DNA of 64,000 nt, taken from positions 192,001 through 256,000 of the forward strand of contig JBBQFN010000001.1 in the NCBI GenBank assembly GCA_038321985.1. The letters are read 5' to 3'. Of the stretch, positions 63,301-64,000 are shown in pieces. Below the pieces are notes generated by a model that saw nothing but the letters and a program-made list of their open reading frames with translations, made no database searches and had not been told where the DNA came from. The translations under genes and the position numbers were made by a program. Origin of the DNA: Cyanophyceae cyanobacterium (GTDB taxonomy: Bacteria; Cyanobacteriota; Cyanobacteriia; Cyanobacteriales; Laspinemataceae). Each line of letters starts with the position of its first letter. Position 1 is the stretch's first letter.

Positions 63301-63711
63301 CCCTTGTCCGTGCGGTTTAACCCCATGACTTACTATGAAAAACACGCGAGGGTTTCGGGGGACTATGATGCGGATTATGAGTCATTTCAACTGGCTGGAA
63401 TCCAAACCGCAGCGGTGACTAACCTGCTGCAATTTACCCGCGATCGGCAGATTCCCTTAGTCTTTATCAATATGCCCCTAACTCAGGAGTATTTGGACCC
63501 GGTGCGCTTAGAATACGAGCGGGAATTCCAAAAATATATGCTGAGTTTATCCCTAGAAAAAGAGGGTCTCAGTTTCCGAGACCTCAGTCAACTTTGGCCT
63601 ACAGAAATCGACCGCTTTTCTGACCCAAGTCACCTCAACCGCTATGGTGCACATGAGGTTTCTAACCGTTTATCTCAAGACCCCATGATTCCTTGGCCCC
63701 AAACTCAGTAA
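60382..63711 (+). CDS. Large cyanobacterial membrane protein with a C-terminal SGNH/DUF1574-like domain; start uncertain (ORF from 60316)
   Basis: Repeated N-terminal modules (LHxxC/..LYGR..W), one TM helix, DVLIIGSSRA, NFGINGAT, FSDPSHLNRYGA. Confidence 0.75.
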   Translation: MVKTEELVQTNAGTTLTQWAAQALEVTGEKIHLRLRGNTVHILCESESCPPMAIAITRVTNALKQQGIDALLPPDHPPIEEIFLYGRSKGTKRPDWSVRIESSRPDSPATMDSAQSESGPSSVELPPTLTLAASPTPPTPPPDNHPFSIADARMMLRVQSRASLGDPEAEALLAKGMARYLNETLSLYSISVKVLLRPLKRADRNWGDRPSPPRRLWIFCQSANFPDATPLALPMAERLRELQLSGCADAVILGRTTPDGKPELLLRVDLTPPEERLKAWARWGDLPAITRLLNQAVAPLGLEVGSVQKDATLHLFCGNSSPEVEGVCADSPLAAADKSLCIDAIAPILKSLAPQGLHAVTLYGCRYGRHLDIPSNAPPLWVDWLDLPAARDSLLALSARELASQGNLDALQFLLDRLVNPELDAKLNGRGLSVFLRQDPDLLHVMVEASPCPEQDTVAPLILELLRELKLNGVEELRLYGRRGGDKHPSWRYSSAIFTPLQLLPCEPEPTPPSPEESHPEHPDSELESAEETLPAIINFTHGAPDTTEDLPEAVESMFAADPPEELQACLTKQVISPKPRERPSPGWVTRLLLVTGLFIPAKTFRRGPTSSSKIAFIWGVLGLLGMLHADWLLGRVPLFSDTSSPSSETATIPGQAPEDPSALSAGNPQDGLNLGELSLNPSKNEGDPIFNGSSFTEFQEEPAIALNPETRPRFDYPTFNSQQLDEQLELYLQYLATSGPPDVLIIGSSRALRGVAPMTIEESLSSRYPGLKVFNFGINGATAQVADFVIRELIPQEQLPKLILWADGARALNSGRSDRTFEAIARSPGYRHLLQGNRPVVPAMANSDDESQSLASLSETLVQRARTGFSVGESYEKLDEWINEKLASISANYENRDRLQGFLRSQLLLPLADIADNFIPETNRSSPEAIAETTPDPTLASVEASLIALSAESAASSGIDNLPTSTLSNGFLPLSVRFNPMTYYEKHARVSGDYDADYESFQLAGIQTAAVTNLLQFTRDRQIPLVFINMPLTQEYLDPVRLEYEREFQKYMLSLSLEKEGLSFRDLSQLWPTEIDRFSDPSHLNRYGAHEVSNRLSQDPMIPWPQTQ

Positions 63712-63737
63712 GGGTTAACGCCATCATTGTTCGTTCT

Positions 63738-63816
63738 TAGTAATGACTTCAGTCCTCTAGAAATCTGTTATCTTCAGGCAAACTAACCCCTAAAAAAATA
63801 ACTGAAGTCGTTACTA
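63738..63816. repeat. REP-like inverted repeat (GTAACGACTTCAGT family)
   Basis: TAGTAATGACTTCAGT ... ACTGAAGTCGTTACTA; related half-copy AACGAC..AAGTCGTTACTAC at about 6107-6128. Confidence 0.6.
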
Positions 63817-64000
63817 TAAAGGGGGACTACTAACTCAAATATTCTCCGATATTTGAAGATTTTATCTTTCCCTTCCCAACAATAACTACTCCCTCATTCT
63901 TTCCCCCACAACTTGTTTATAAAAAGCCTCCAATCCAGCGACACAAACCCTATCATCATAGAGATAAACCTGCCGCTGTTTCATCCGTTCTATTAAACTC

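Overview
Chromosomal window from a cyanobacterium, shown by dense HIP1 GCGATCGC sites and by ntcA, psbH/psbN, chlB and ppc. An Oscillatoriales-type filament is my inference from the repeat families and hpsJ. Most of the window is housekeeping: gcvP/gcvH, qNOR norB, hisB, fabI, ntcA, pth, tatA, argH, ftsY, nusB, pgl, chlB, rph, adk, ppc. Two regions stand out. (1) About 41-46 kb is an accessory/defence island. It holds an AT-rich two-gene McrBC/LlaJI-like module: the GTPase has no N-terminal DNA-binding domain, the nuclease has a ~180-aa insert inside its PD-(D/E)xK motif, and there is no methylase. Three toxin-antitoxin loci flank it, and each keeps the antitoxin but has lost or crippled the toxin. 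(2) About 47.6-53.5 kb is a pyrimidine-deoxynucleotide cluster: candidate NrdR boxes, a CobO-like NTPase, dCMP deaminase, dUTPase, and ThyX split by an HNH intein. It also has an intact 551-aa protein joining an apparently inactive phage-type thymidylate-synthase/hydroxymethylase fold to a DUF1599/Nmad1 (MazG-like) domain. Several short dispersed palindromic or MITE-like repeats occur in intergenic DNA. I recognised no rRNA, tRNA or CRISPR array. All family calls are by-eye motif recognition, not database searches.
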